Below are positions 1 through 7,108 of a stretch of 18,579 bases of DNA, one piece after another. The notes beneath the pieces are model-generated. The model was not told where the DNA came from. It ran no database searches and saw nothing but the letters and a program-made list of their open reading frames with translations. This DNA is from Chthonomonadales bacterium (GTDB lineage: Bacteria; Armatimonadota; Chthonomonadetes; Chthonomonadales; Chthonomonadaceae): positions 1 through 18,579 of the forward strand of contig JBBQPO010000108.1 of assembly GCA_038217285.1 (NCBI GenBank), in the 5' to 3' direction. The translations under genes and the position numbers were made by a program. Numbering within the stretch: the stretch's first letter is position 1; the number at the start of each line of letters is the position of its first letter.

Positions 1-43
1 CCTACCCCAATAAAAGTGGCATGGGCATCGCCCCGCAGGACAA

Positions 44-439
44 ATGACCATGATAAAACGGTTCACCTTCGCCCTCTCCGGGTCGAAAACAGGGCCGGAC
101 GGCTCCGGATCCTCCGACCAGCGCTTCGTATCGAATTCAGGCCGTATCGTCATAGGACCCGCTGACTGGAATGTGGACTACTCGCTCGCCCTCCCCGGCA
201 TTAAGCCTGTTCCATCCCAATTCACCGTCACCTGGAATGTCGTCCCCCTGTTTCAGGACGAGATCATAGCGGCAGGAACTCAGGATAAGACGAGGGAGAC
301 AGTCGTCACGGTGGCGCAGGGCCTGACGAACGGTCCACATACAGTTGCAATCACCGGCGATCCGACGACTGTCGCTGGGATCCGCGTATATCGCCCACCT
401 GTTCCGGCCCGACAGCCAGCCATTGCTGACGCAAAATGA
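44..439 (+). CDS. Hypothetical protein or fragment resembling the C-terminal beta-rich part of SGNH/GDSL-associated proteins
   Basis: 131-aa ORF with coding-like composition (FTFALSGSKTGPDGSG..FVSNSGRIVI..ETVVTVAQGLTNGPHTV). An in-frame TAA at 11-13 prevents extension. The ATG at 44 overlaps a TGA of another frame (ATGA). The family resemblance is from memory only. Confidence 0.5.
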   Translation: MTMIKRFTFALSGSKTGPDGSGSSDQRFVSNSGRIVIGPADWNVDYSLALPGIKPVPSQFTVTWNVVPLFQDEIIAAGTQDKTRETVVTVAQGLTNGPHTVAITGDPTTVAGIRVYRPPVPARQPAIADAK

Positions 440-481
440 GTCAGGCAATCCACTGGCTCCTTCAGCATACTCCTAAAAACG

Positions 482-777
482 CCTCCTTTCCGACGCGGCT
501 TATCTTGTCCTTTAGATTTGCCTTGACCAGGAACGACCCCCTCGCGCTTTACTCCCCGCCCCTCAAGGAGCGGTCTGATGCGGAAAGCCCCCTAAAGGGG
601 GCTGGGTCGGACGTGAGCAGGGACGATGGCGTAAGGGTGCCAGCCATCGCTGGTGGAGAGATTTGCTCTCCCTTTCAGCCTTCCCAGGCCCATTTATGGG
701 CCTTTACCTTCCCGAACAGGCCGCTCCTTTAGGGGCGGCGGCTTAAGGGACAAGATAAGCCCAACACGGGAAGGAGG
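482..777. repeat. REP/MITE-like nested inverted-repeat element
   Basis: GGCTTATCTTGTCC (497-510) is the exact reverse complement of 748-761, extending imperfectly to CCTCCTT (482-488) / AAGGAGG (771-777). The inner arm 556-577 matches the reverse complement of 717-738 at 20/22. Hairpins AGCCCCC-TAAA-GGGGGCT (586-603) and AGGCCCA-TTTA-TGGGCCT (686-703). Confidence 0.75.
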
Positions 778-839
778 TGCCCAATCCCTTCAAAACCTCG
801 TTGCCAACAGATCAGAGGGTCGGTGTCCAGCAGGTACAT
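729..839 (-). pseudogene. Truncated PIN-domain (VapC-like) toxin
   Basis: ATG at 839-837 overlaps the antitoxin stop (TGATG). It reads MYLLDTD, the typical PIN-domain N-terminus, then runs into the repeat element after about 20 codons and stops at 729. Confidence 0.65.
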
Positions 840-1057
840 CAGGTGATTTCCGGATCGTCTTGTGGGCGCAGAGACTCGCGATATTCGCGTCCAAGCTGCA
901 TCGCTTCCAGTAATTCGGGGCCATCTTTGTAGACGCCAACGATCCGTTTCCACCAGGGAACCTCCGTTTGCGATTCCGTTGCGGTACGTTCCTGCTTCAA
1001 GCGCTGCACTTCCGCTTCCAGCGCGGTCAGTCGCTCCTCAATAGTTACGTTCGCCAT
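839..1057 (-). CDS. Putative type II antitoxin (small protein upstream of a PIN toxin)
   Basis: 72 aa with an N-terminal coiled coil (IEERLTALEAEVQRLK) and PWWKRIVGVYKDGP..EAMQLGREYRES. It is translationally coupled to the PIN remnant, with GGAGG upstream of the ATG. Confidence 0.75.
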   Translation of the reverse strand: MANVTIEERLTALEAEVQRLKQERTATESQTEVPWWKRIVGVYKDGPELLEAMQLGREYRESLRPQDDPEIT

Positions 1058-1198
1058 ATTCCGGCCTCCGGGTGCTTAGGCAATTCCCAAGAATTACCGC
1101 TCCACATTCGGGCCACTTCTGACCCCAGCCGAGGCAGAATTGTGGAGCGATAATAGTTTGGCGGCTCCTTAGTTCTGAATATATGGTACCACTTCAAA

Positions 1199-1229
1199 GG
1201 CGAAGTCTGCCCGCACGGACTCAGTGCCT
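1199..1229. repeat. REP-like palindrome (single copy)
   Basis: GGCGAAGTCTGCCCGCACGGACTCAGTGCCT resembles GGCAAGTCCGCCTTCGCGGACTCAATGCCT at 3937-3966. It lies just downstream of the ABC operon stop. Confidence 0.6.
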
Positions 1230-1242
1230 CTCGGGCGAGGCT

Positions 1243-2028
1243 CTAGGCCGAGGCCCCGGTGTAGTGCTTCAGGCCGAATCTCCAGAAGAACGAGGAGGCC
1301 GCTAAACTGATTACACCGACTGCGCAGGCGACTCCCAGAGGCATCTGACCGGCGCGACCGGAGAGGGCCTGCGCTGGGATGGTGATGATGAAGGCGACCG
1401 GAATGCCGTAGGTGAGCGCGCCGCGCAGCCATGCCGGATAGATCTCGATCGGGTAGCGCGCTGCCTCGAACCCCTGCCAGACGATCTGCTCGATGTTATC
1501 GACGCGGACGAACCAGAACGTCAGCGTTACCAGAAACAGCCAGAGCGAGTAGACGACGGCGCAGCCTGCGGCCATCGTGAGCGCGAACGATGCTGCCTGC
1601 CCGATCCCAATATGTGCGCCCAGACGTCCGACCGCATAGGCGGTCAGGCCGATCCCGACCAGCACATTGGCCGCGCGCCAGATGACGATCGTTCGAAACG
1701 AGGCCAAAAACTGCGCACTCACCGGCTTCAGAAGCACGAAGTCGAGTGTGCCTTCGCGCACCTGCGTCATCACGTTCCGCATGTTCGGGGCGATGAACAT
1801 CTCCGTGAGGCCGTCCATCACATAGTAGACCGCCACCAGCACCAACACCTGCTGGTAGGTCCAGCCCTTCAGTGTCGAGGTGTAGCCGTAGGCGATGGCA
1901 AGGCCGCCGACCGTGGCGACCAGGCCGAGCAGGCTCGCGACGATCCGCGTAAAGAAGTCCGCCCGATACTCCATATCGGTCTGTATGCTCGTGCGATAGA
2001 GCACCTTCAGCAGTCGTAAATAGCGCAT
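1243..2028 (-). CDS. ABC-2 family transporter permease
   Basis: Multi-TM protein with VREGTLDFVLLKPVSAQF, RYPIEIYP and a C-terminal GLKHYTGAS. Start moved to MRYLRL at 2028, just after the upstream stop at 2031. Confidence 0.9.
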   Translation of the reverse strand: MRYLRLLKVLYRTSIQTDMEYRADFFTRIVASLLGLVATVGGLAIAYGYTSTLKGWTYQQVLVLVAVYYVMDGLTEMFIAPNMRNVMTQVREGTLDFVLLKPVSAQFLASFRTIVIWRAANVLVGIGLTAYAVGRLGAHIGIGQAASFALTMAAGCAVVYSLWLFLVTLTFWFVRVDNIEQIVWQGFEAARYPIEIYPAWLRGALTYGIPVAFIITIPAQALSGRAGQMPLGVACAVGVISLAASSFFWRFGLKHYTGASA

Positions 2029-2030
2029 GG

Positions 2031-2849
2031 TCAGGCTCCTACCGACGAGTACTGTCGTATACCCGCCTCCCACAGCGTTCGCAACAGAACGACAGCGACC
2101 ACGAGCCAGACACCCTGCAGCGCAAAACCTGGCAGGATCTGTTCCGGCGGCACCCGGCCCAGCGCCAACTCGACCGGAAAGGAGCCCATAGCACGGAAGG
2201 GGGAGTAGAGCGCAAAGGCCGCGATCCAGGCAGGCATCAGCGCGATGGGCGCGATACGGCCTGCGAGGAAGCTGTCGAGCGTAAAGTAGAGTTGGTTGAT
2301 CGCGTCTACCCGTGTGGTCCAGAAGGCCACCAGGGCCAGCGAGTACTGCAAGACATACCGCAGCACACAGGCGACCGCGAGCGCCGGGATCGCCAACAGC
2401 GAAAACGCATTGAGGACGATGTGCGGTTTTAGGAGCCAGAAGAGAATCGCCCAGACCGGGAGCAGCATCGCACTGGTCGTCAGTTTGAACGCGATATTGG
2501 ACGCGGCGTCGCGGTGGATCGGATGGACCGGCTTGAGCAGCGCCGGGGAGAGTCCGCCGTTCTGCACGCGCATCGCAAACTCGAAGGCGTCCCAGGACAT
2601 CATCAAATGTCCAAAAACCATATAGACCAAAAAATAAGCGGCGAAATCTCCGGCGGCGAACGAGGCCCCGTTCGCCTTGTTGACGATGGTTCCACCCCGC
2701 GCGGCAGAGACGGCCGACCAGACCGCCAGGGAGATCAGCGGCCCTATAAATCCCCAGACCGCCCAGATCAGAATCGTAAAGCGATACTGCAGCATCGAGG
2801 CGATCGCCACCCGCAGATTCGCTCGGTAGAGGTCAAGCCAGTACTTCAT
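2031..2849 (-). CDS. ABC-2 family transporter permease
   Basis: 272-aa multi-TM protein with NGGLSPALLKPVHP and a C-terminal GIRQYSSVGA. It overlaps the 3' end of the ATPase gene. Confidence 0.9.
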   Translation of the reverse strand: MKYWLDLYRANLRVAIASMLQYRFTILIWAVWGFIGPLISLAVWSAVSAARGGTIVNKANGASFAAGDFAAYFLVYMVFGHLMMSWDAFEFAMRVQNGGLSPALLKPVHPIHRDAASNIAFKLTTSAMLLPVWAILFWLLKPHIVLNAFSLLAIPALAVACVLRYVLQYSLALVAFWTTRVDAINQLYFTLDSFLAGRIAPIALMPAWIAAFALYSPFRAMGSFPVELALGRVPPEQILPGFALQGVWLVVAVVLLRTLWEAGIRQYSSVGA

Positions 2850-3834
2850 TTTTGGGCGCCTCCTGAAACACCTGTTCGATAACGGCCTCGATAGGAGGAT
2901 CGGCGACGGTCAGGTCCAGAATCGGCAGATCTTGAAGCAGACGCGCGACCACCGCCGACGTCTCCGTTCGGGGCAGACGCAGGGTCACTTTCAGCCCGTC
3001 CTGCTCCACGACCTCGCCGAACTGCGCGACCAGGGCGGCGGCCTCCGCGTTTTCGACATCCACGGTGACCAGTTTGAAGGGTGCGATGCGTTCCGAAAGC
3101 GCGTCGATGGGGCCATCGTACAGCAGGCGTCCGCGATGAATCACAATGATACGCTTGCAGAGGGCCGTCACATCGGCCATGTAGTGGCTTGTCAGCAGAA
3201 TCGTCGCGCCGTATTTCGCGTTATGCTCTGCGATGAACTGCCGGATACGCACCTGCATGCTGACATCGACGCCCAGCGTAGGCTCGTCCAGAAACAGCAC
3301 TTTGGGCCGATGCAAAAGGGAAGCGGCCAGCTCACACTTCATGCGTTCCCCAAGCGACAAATTGCGTACGGGCTTCTTGATAACATCGCCAAGTTCGAGC
3401 AGTTCGACCAACTCCTTGAGAGTCTGCCGATAGTCCGCCTCGGGGATGGCATAGACCGCCTGGTTGACCGAGAAGGAGTCGAGGGCCGGAATATCCCACG
3501 TCAACTGATTGCGGTTGCCCATCACCAACCCGATATGCTTCAGATAGGCTGGCTCCCGCTTCCACGGCACGTGCCCCAACACATGCGCCTCGCCTCCTGT
3601 CGGGTGCAGTAATCCGGACAGCATCTTCAGAGTGGTCGTCTTCCCAGCACCGTTCGGCCCGAGAAAGCCAACGATTTCGCCCGCCTCCACGGTAAAACTG
3701 ACACTGTCCACCGCCCGCACATCCTTATACTTGCGCTGAAAAAGGCTTCGAATCGAGGCCCCTACCCCGGCCTCACGCTCATGCACCCGATAAACCTTCT
3801 CCAGGCCCTTTAGAACAATCTGTGCTTCCACCAT
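2833..3834 (-). CDS. ABC transporter ATP-binding protein
   Basis: Walker A GPNGAGKTT, signature LSLGERMK, Walker B VLFLDEPT and H-loop LTSH. Start placed at MVEAQ (3834) because of an upstream GGGGAG and because the promoter lies inside the longer ORF call. Confidence 0.93.
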   Translation of the reverse strand: MVEAQIVLKGLEKVYRVHEREAGVGASIRSLFQRKYKDVRAVDSVSFTVEAGEIVGFLGPNGAGKTTTLKMLSGLLHPTGGEAHVLGHVPWKREPAYLKHIGLVMGNRNQLTWDIPALDSFSVNQAVYAIPEADYRQTLKELVELLELGDVIKKPVRNLSLGERMKCELAASLLHRPKVLFLDEPTLGVDVSMQVRIRQFIAEHNAKYGATILLTSHYMADVTALCKRIIVIHRGRLLYDGPIDALSERIAPFKLVTVDVENAEAAALVAQFGEVVEQDGLKVTLRLPRTETSAVVARLLQDLPILDLTVADPPIEAVIEQVFQEAPKNEVLA

Positions 3835-3852
3835 TCGTTTCTCCCCGTCCAC

Positions 3853-3881
3853 ATTATAGCAGACTGCCCGACACATGTCAA
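3853..3881 (-). promoter_or_regulatory. Sigma-70 promoter for the ABC operon
   Basis: Minus strand reads TTGACA (3881-3876), a 17-nt spacer, then TATAAT (3858-3853): a perfect consensus 18 nt upstream of the ATG. Confidence 0.88.
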
Positions 3882-3911
3882 CGCTAATATTTTCGCTCTT
3901 AACGGTGTTCA

Positions 3912-4017
3912 CGGGTTTGAAACCCCGCGCTGAAATGGCAAGTCCGCCTTCGCGGACTCAATGCCTTAACCCGCGAAGGCAGGTTTGCCCTTTCAGAACG
4001 GCAATTCATTGCCGGGG
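3912..4017. repeat. REP-like inverted doublet (REPIN/BIME-like)
   Basis: CTGAAATGGCAAGTCCGCCTTCGCGGACT (3930-3958) pairs imperfectly with AACCCGCGAAGGCAGGTTTGCCCTTTCAG (3968-3996). Flanking mini-hairpins GGGTTTGAAACCC and CGGCAATTCATTGCCG. Confidence 0.75.
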
Positions 4018-4326
4018 AGAGTGTGCACGGGCTACGCAGGGTTGCTTAAGGCCTTCTTTCCTCAAGGTCACACTCCGTGCCACCTTTAGGAAAGCGACGG
4101 CGAGGGGGGAAGTCTCTTCGGTGCGATGAATCGCCGTGAGCTCGGTGGTGGGTTGGGGTTCCTCGAAGTGTCGATAGGCGATTCCCTCGCGGTGCGCGTC
4201 TTGAACGGACGCGGGAACGAGAGTAACCCCCAGTCCTGCGGCCACCAGACTGATGGCTGTGTGGATCTCAGCGGCCTCCTGCGCGACCTGTGGCGAGAAT
4301 CCGGCTCCTTCGCACAGGGAGATGAG
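4006..4326 (-). pseudogene. LysR-family regulator, C-terminal substrate-binding fragment
   Basis: LISLCEGAGFSPQVAQEAAEIHTAISLVAAGLGVTLVPASVQ..GIAYR..ETSPLAVAFL is a typical LysR C-terminus. There is no HTH, and the sequence upstream in this frame is the antisense of an ACP. Confidence 0.8.
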
Positions 4327-4509
4327 GAGCGGATCACTCCGGAGACATCCTTGATAGGAGATCTGGTAGCGGACTCGCTGGACGTCGTGGAGATCACGAT
4401 GGAATTGGAGGAGGCTTTCGATGTGGAGTTTGGAGACGACGCCGTGGCCCTGACCACAGTGCAGCAGATCGTGGACTACATTCAAACCAAACTGGACGAC
4501 CAGCGGTAA
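4321..4509 (+). pseudogene. acpP: Acyl carrier protein, 5'-truncated
   Basis: DEERITPETSLIGDLVADSLDVVEITMELEEAFDVEF..LTTVQQIVDYI contains the DSL phosphopantetheine site. Helix I and the native start are missing and replaced by LysR antisense sequence. Confidence 0.75.
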
Positions 4510-4797
4510 ATAGATGCTGTTGTCAGCCTTTCGACTGCTGCCTGTCACTACCAATAGTCACCCCCCTCGCGAAGCACACGGCCGATCTGGAGGTGCGCGA
4601 GACGGTCGAAGAGTGCCTCCCCTTTCTATAAAGGCACCTGGAACAGGAGCGCGCCAGTCAGACTCTGCTTTGCGCCTCAAGCGCAAGCGGGGCGGATCCG
4701 GCGCTTCTGTTGCGGCTGGCGCAAGAAGCCTCAAAACACGCCCCCAACGAGATATTACGCTCCAGCGCTGCGCCTGAGTCCGATGTCGCAAAGAGCG

Positions 4798-7077
4798 CTA
4801 CTCCAGAAGCAGATACATCGTGTTCGCAGGGAGGGCGAGGGCAAACGTCGCGCCCTGGCGTGTGCCGGTAATCTGGCGGACGGGGTAGCCTGCGGCGTCC
4901 AGCAGAGTGGCGCGGTGGAGGGTGGGATTCTTAATGGCGAGCGTCATCTGCGTGCTGCTGATCTGCCAGGGCATCTTGCCGGTGTTGATGATCTCGAAGC
5001 CGTGGAAGGTCTCCTTGCCGTCGTCGCTCTTGAAGTCGGTGGGCATCGACTGCCAGCCGGTGGGGCGGGCATAGGTGCCAACCTGCACCAGCAGTTTGGC
5101 GGATTCGCGGATAGGCTTGTCGTCGAGTGTCACGACGAGCAGGGTTGCATAGTCGTTGGCGGAGCGCAGGGCCACGTCCGTGAAGTTGAACGAACCGCGC
5201 TTTTTGAGGAACCCGGTGACGCCCTGCGCCTTCGGCGTATCGACGGTGCAGATCCCAAGGCCGTAGTCGAGCTGGATCTCGCCGGTGTCGCTCTTGACGG
5301 TTTTCGCGCCTGCGTCGATGTATTTCGTCATGTCCACCGCTGTGCTCTTGGCAGGATCGCCGCCATACTTGACTTCGACCGGGCCGACGAGAAACGCCAA
5401 CGGGTCGACGCCCTTCTGGATATTGGACCTGTCTACGGTGTTACCGGAGTAGCGGTTTGGGTCGAAACTCTTGTCTTCCGCGATCACGGGAACCTGCCGC
5501 TGCCACATAGAGGCGAGGGTCCGCTCCTCGTGAACCGCAGGCGCGCCCTGCTTGATGTAGCCGCGCCGGAACATGAGGGCGGCGGCCGGGAAGCTTCCCA
5601 TAAGCGTCGGCGTCGCGCATGTCCATTTGTGGAGCGGGTGCTGGCTTCCCTTCAGGTTCAGGAAGGTGAAGTAAGGGTCGGCTTCGTAGTCCGTCGCTTC
5701 GCCCGCGTCGAACCAGTAGAGGCTATCGACGCCGGTTAGAGACTGGTAAGCCGCCATCAGGAACGGCCCTTCGGTCTGACAGCCTTCCGGACTGACCCAG
5801 GTGCTCTCGGTGATCACCATGGGATGACCGACGACCTGTTTAAGGTTGGTCGGCAGCGCGCGGGGATCCAGCAGGCAGGAGTTGAGCGTAAAGTGGTGGC
5901 CGGGATCGATGCGCCAGCCGTTATTGTCGCCGGTATGCACCCCGCCCGTATATTTATTGACCGCCAGGACGTCGGCGGCCGTATAGGTCCAGCGCTCCAG
6001 GTCGTTGAGCCGAACCGGATCGGCGGTGATCCAGTTGGAAGCGTTGATCAACTGCTTGCAGCCGAGGTCCTTGTGGTAGTAGTCGGCGATGTCGGTATAG
6101 AACTGACGCTGCGTCTCCGCAAAAAACCGGGTCTGATCGTCGAGACGCCGTGCCACGCCGCCGGTCTGAGGCTGCGTGAACATCCAGGTGTCGTAGAGGC
6201 CGACCGAGCCCTTCGCGAAGTCGTCCTGATCGGTATGGGTGCCTTCCCAGGCCTGCCCGGCCTTCGCCAGAGTGCCGTATTTCTTGGTGAGCCACTGGCC
6301 GAACTTGCGCCCCAGGACCAGCTTCTGGGGCGCGTGCAGCCCCTGCATCGTCCAGAAGAACATCCCGTCCTCATTCTGCACCTGAATCAGCGCCACCGCC
6401 GGATCTTTCGCGAGGGGGATGCCGGTGTGCGGATTGGTCCGTGCGTAGAGCGCCTTGACCCAGGCGCGGTAGCCGACCTGGAGCTTCTCGTTAAAGAAGA
6501 GCACGCCCCAGAGGTCAGTGCTGCCGGTATAGCCATCGATGCCCCATTCGGTCGCCTTCTTGCCGTTTGCCCAGTAGGGAGATATCGTGGTATAGATCCC
6601 CTCTTTTTTCATGGCAGCGACGCAGTTCCAGATGCCGTCGATCTCCTTCTCGTTGACTGCGGTGATCGGGCCGTCCTTGTCGGGAGCGATCTGCGTATGC
6701 AGCCGGACCATATTGACGCCGATTCGCGCCAGGAATCGGGCCTGCTTCGCCATCTCTTCCGGCGATTTCCGGTAGATGTCAGAGCCGACAGACCAGAAAC
6801 GCACAGGCTGACCGCTGCCCAGAGCGAAGCCGCTACCATCAGGCGAAAGCTTGACGAACCCGGTCTCCCCGGCGATCTTCTCATTCAGGAAGCGCAGGTC
6901 GAGCAGCGCGCCGGGGCGAGACGTGTCGGCGGGATAGGTGAAGGGCCATGTGCCTGTTCCAATGGGCTCCGCACGCTGGCCGGGTGTGGCAACTGGGGCG
7001 AGGAGCGCGCCCACCGCCAGCGCCAGGGAGAGTTTGGAAAGCAAAGCAGGACGGAAGGCCCGTTGGTGGCTGTTCAT
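4798..7077 (-). CDS. Secreted glycoside hydrolase, clan GH-A-like (GH5-related TIM barrel) with C-terminal extension
   Basis: 759 aa with an N-terminal signal-like segment. Motifs GVNMVRLH, NPHTGIPLAKDPAVALIQVQNED (candidate acid/base Glu) and PMVITES (candidate nucleophile Glu). Confidence 0.75.
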   Translation of the reverse strand: MNSHQRAFRPALLSKLSLALAVGALLAPVATPGQRAEPIGTGTWPFTYPADTSRPGALLDLRFLNEKIAGETGFVKLSPDGSGFALGSGQPVRFWSVGSDIYRKSPEEMAKQARFLARIGVNMVRLHTQIAPDKDGPITAVNEKEIDGIWNCVAAMKKEGIYTTISPYWANGKKATEWGIDGYTGSTDLWGVLFFNEKLQVGYRAWVKALYARTNPHTGIPLAKDPAVALIQVQNEDGMFFWTMQGLHAPQKLVLGRKFGQWLTKKYGTLAKAGQAWEGTHTDQDDFAKGSVGLYDTWMFTQPQTGGVARRLDDQTRFFAETQRQFYTDIADYYHKDLGCKQLINASNWITADPVRLNDLERWTYTAADVLAVNKYTGGVHTGDNNGWRIDPGHHFTLNSCLLDPRALPTNLKQVVGHPMVITESTWVSPEGCQTEGPFLMAAYQSLTGVDSLYWFDAGEATDYEADPYFTFLNLKGSQHPLHKWTCATPTLMGSFPAAALMFRRGYIKQGAPAVHEERTLASMWQRQVPVIAEDKSFDPNRYSGNTVDRSNIQKGVDPLAFLVGPVEVKYGGDPAKSTAVDMTKYIDAGAKTVKSDTGEIQLDYGLGICTVDTPKAQGVTGFLKKRGSFNFTDVALRSANDYATLLVVTLDDKPIRESAKLLVQVGTYARPTGWQSMPTDFKSDDGKETFHGFEIINTGKMPWQISSTQMTLAIKNPTLHRATLLDAAGYPVRQITGTRQGATFALALPANTMYLLLE

Positions 7078-7108
7078 GGTTAGATTCCTCTATCAGCGCT
7101 TCTGGAAT

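Noticed and set aside
36-58. CAGGACAAATGACCATGAT resembles the lacZ-alpha/M13 reverse vector sequence
   Set aside because: The match is short and imperfect, and the flanking sequence is not vector-like.
482-777. CRISPR array or tRNA interpretation of the repeats
   Set aside because: The repeats are inverted and nested rather than regularly spaced direct repeats. There is no cloverleaf and no cas gene in the window.
4560-4797. Several GC-rich hairpins between the convergent ACP remnant and GH gene; ORFs 4514..4777 and 4558..4791
   Set aside because: No clear U-tract terminator or recognisable RNA family, and the ORFs look non-coding.
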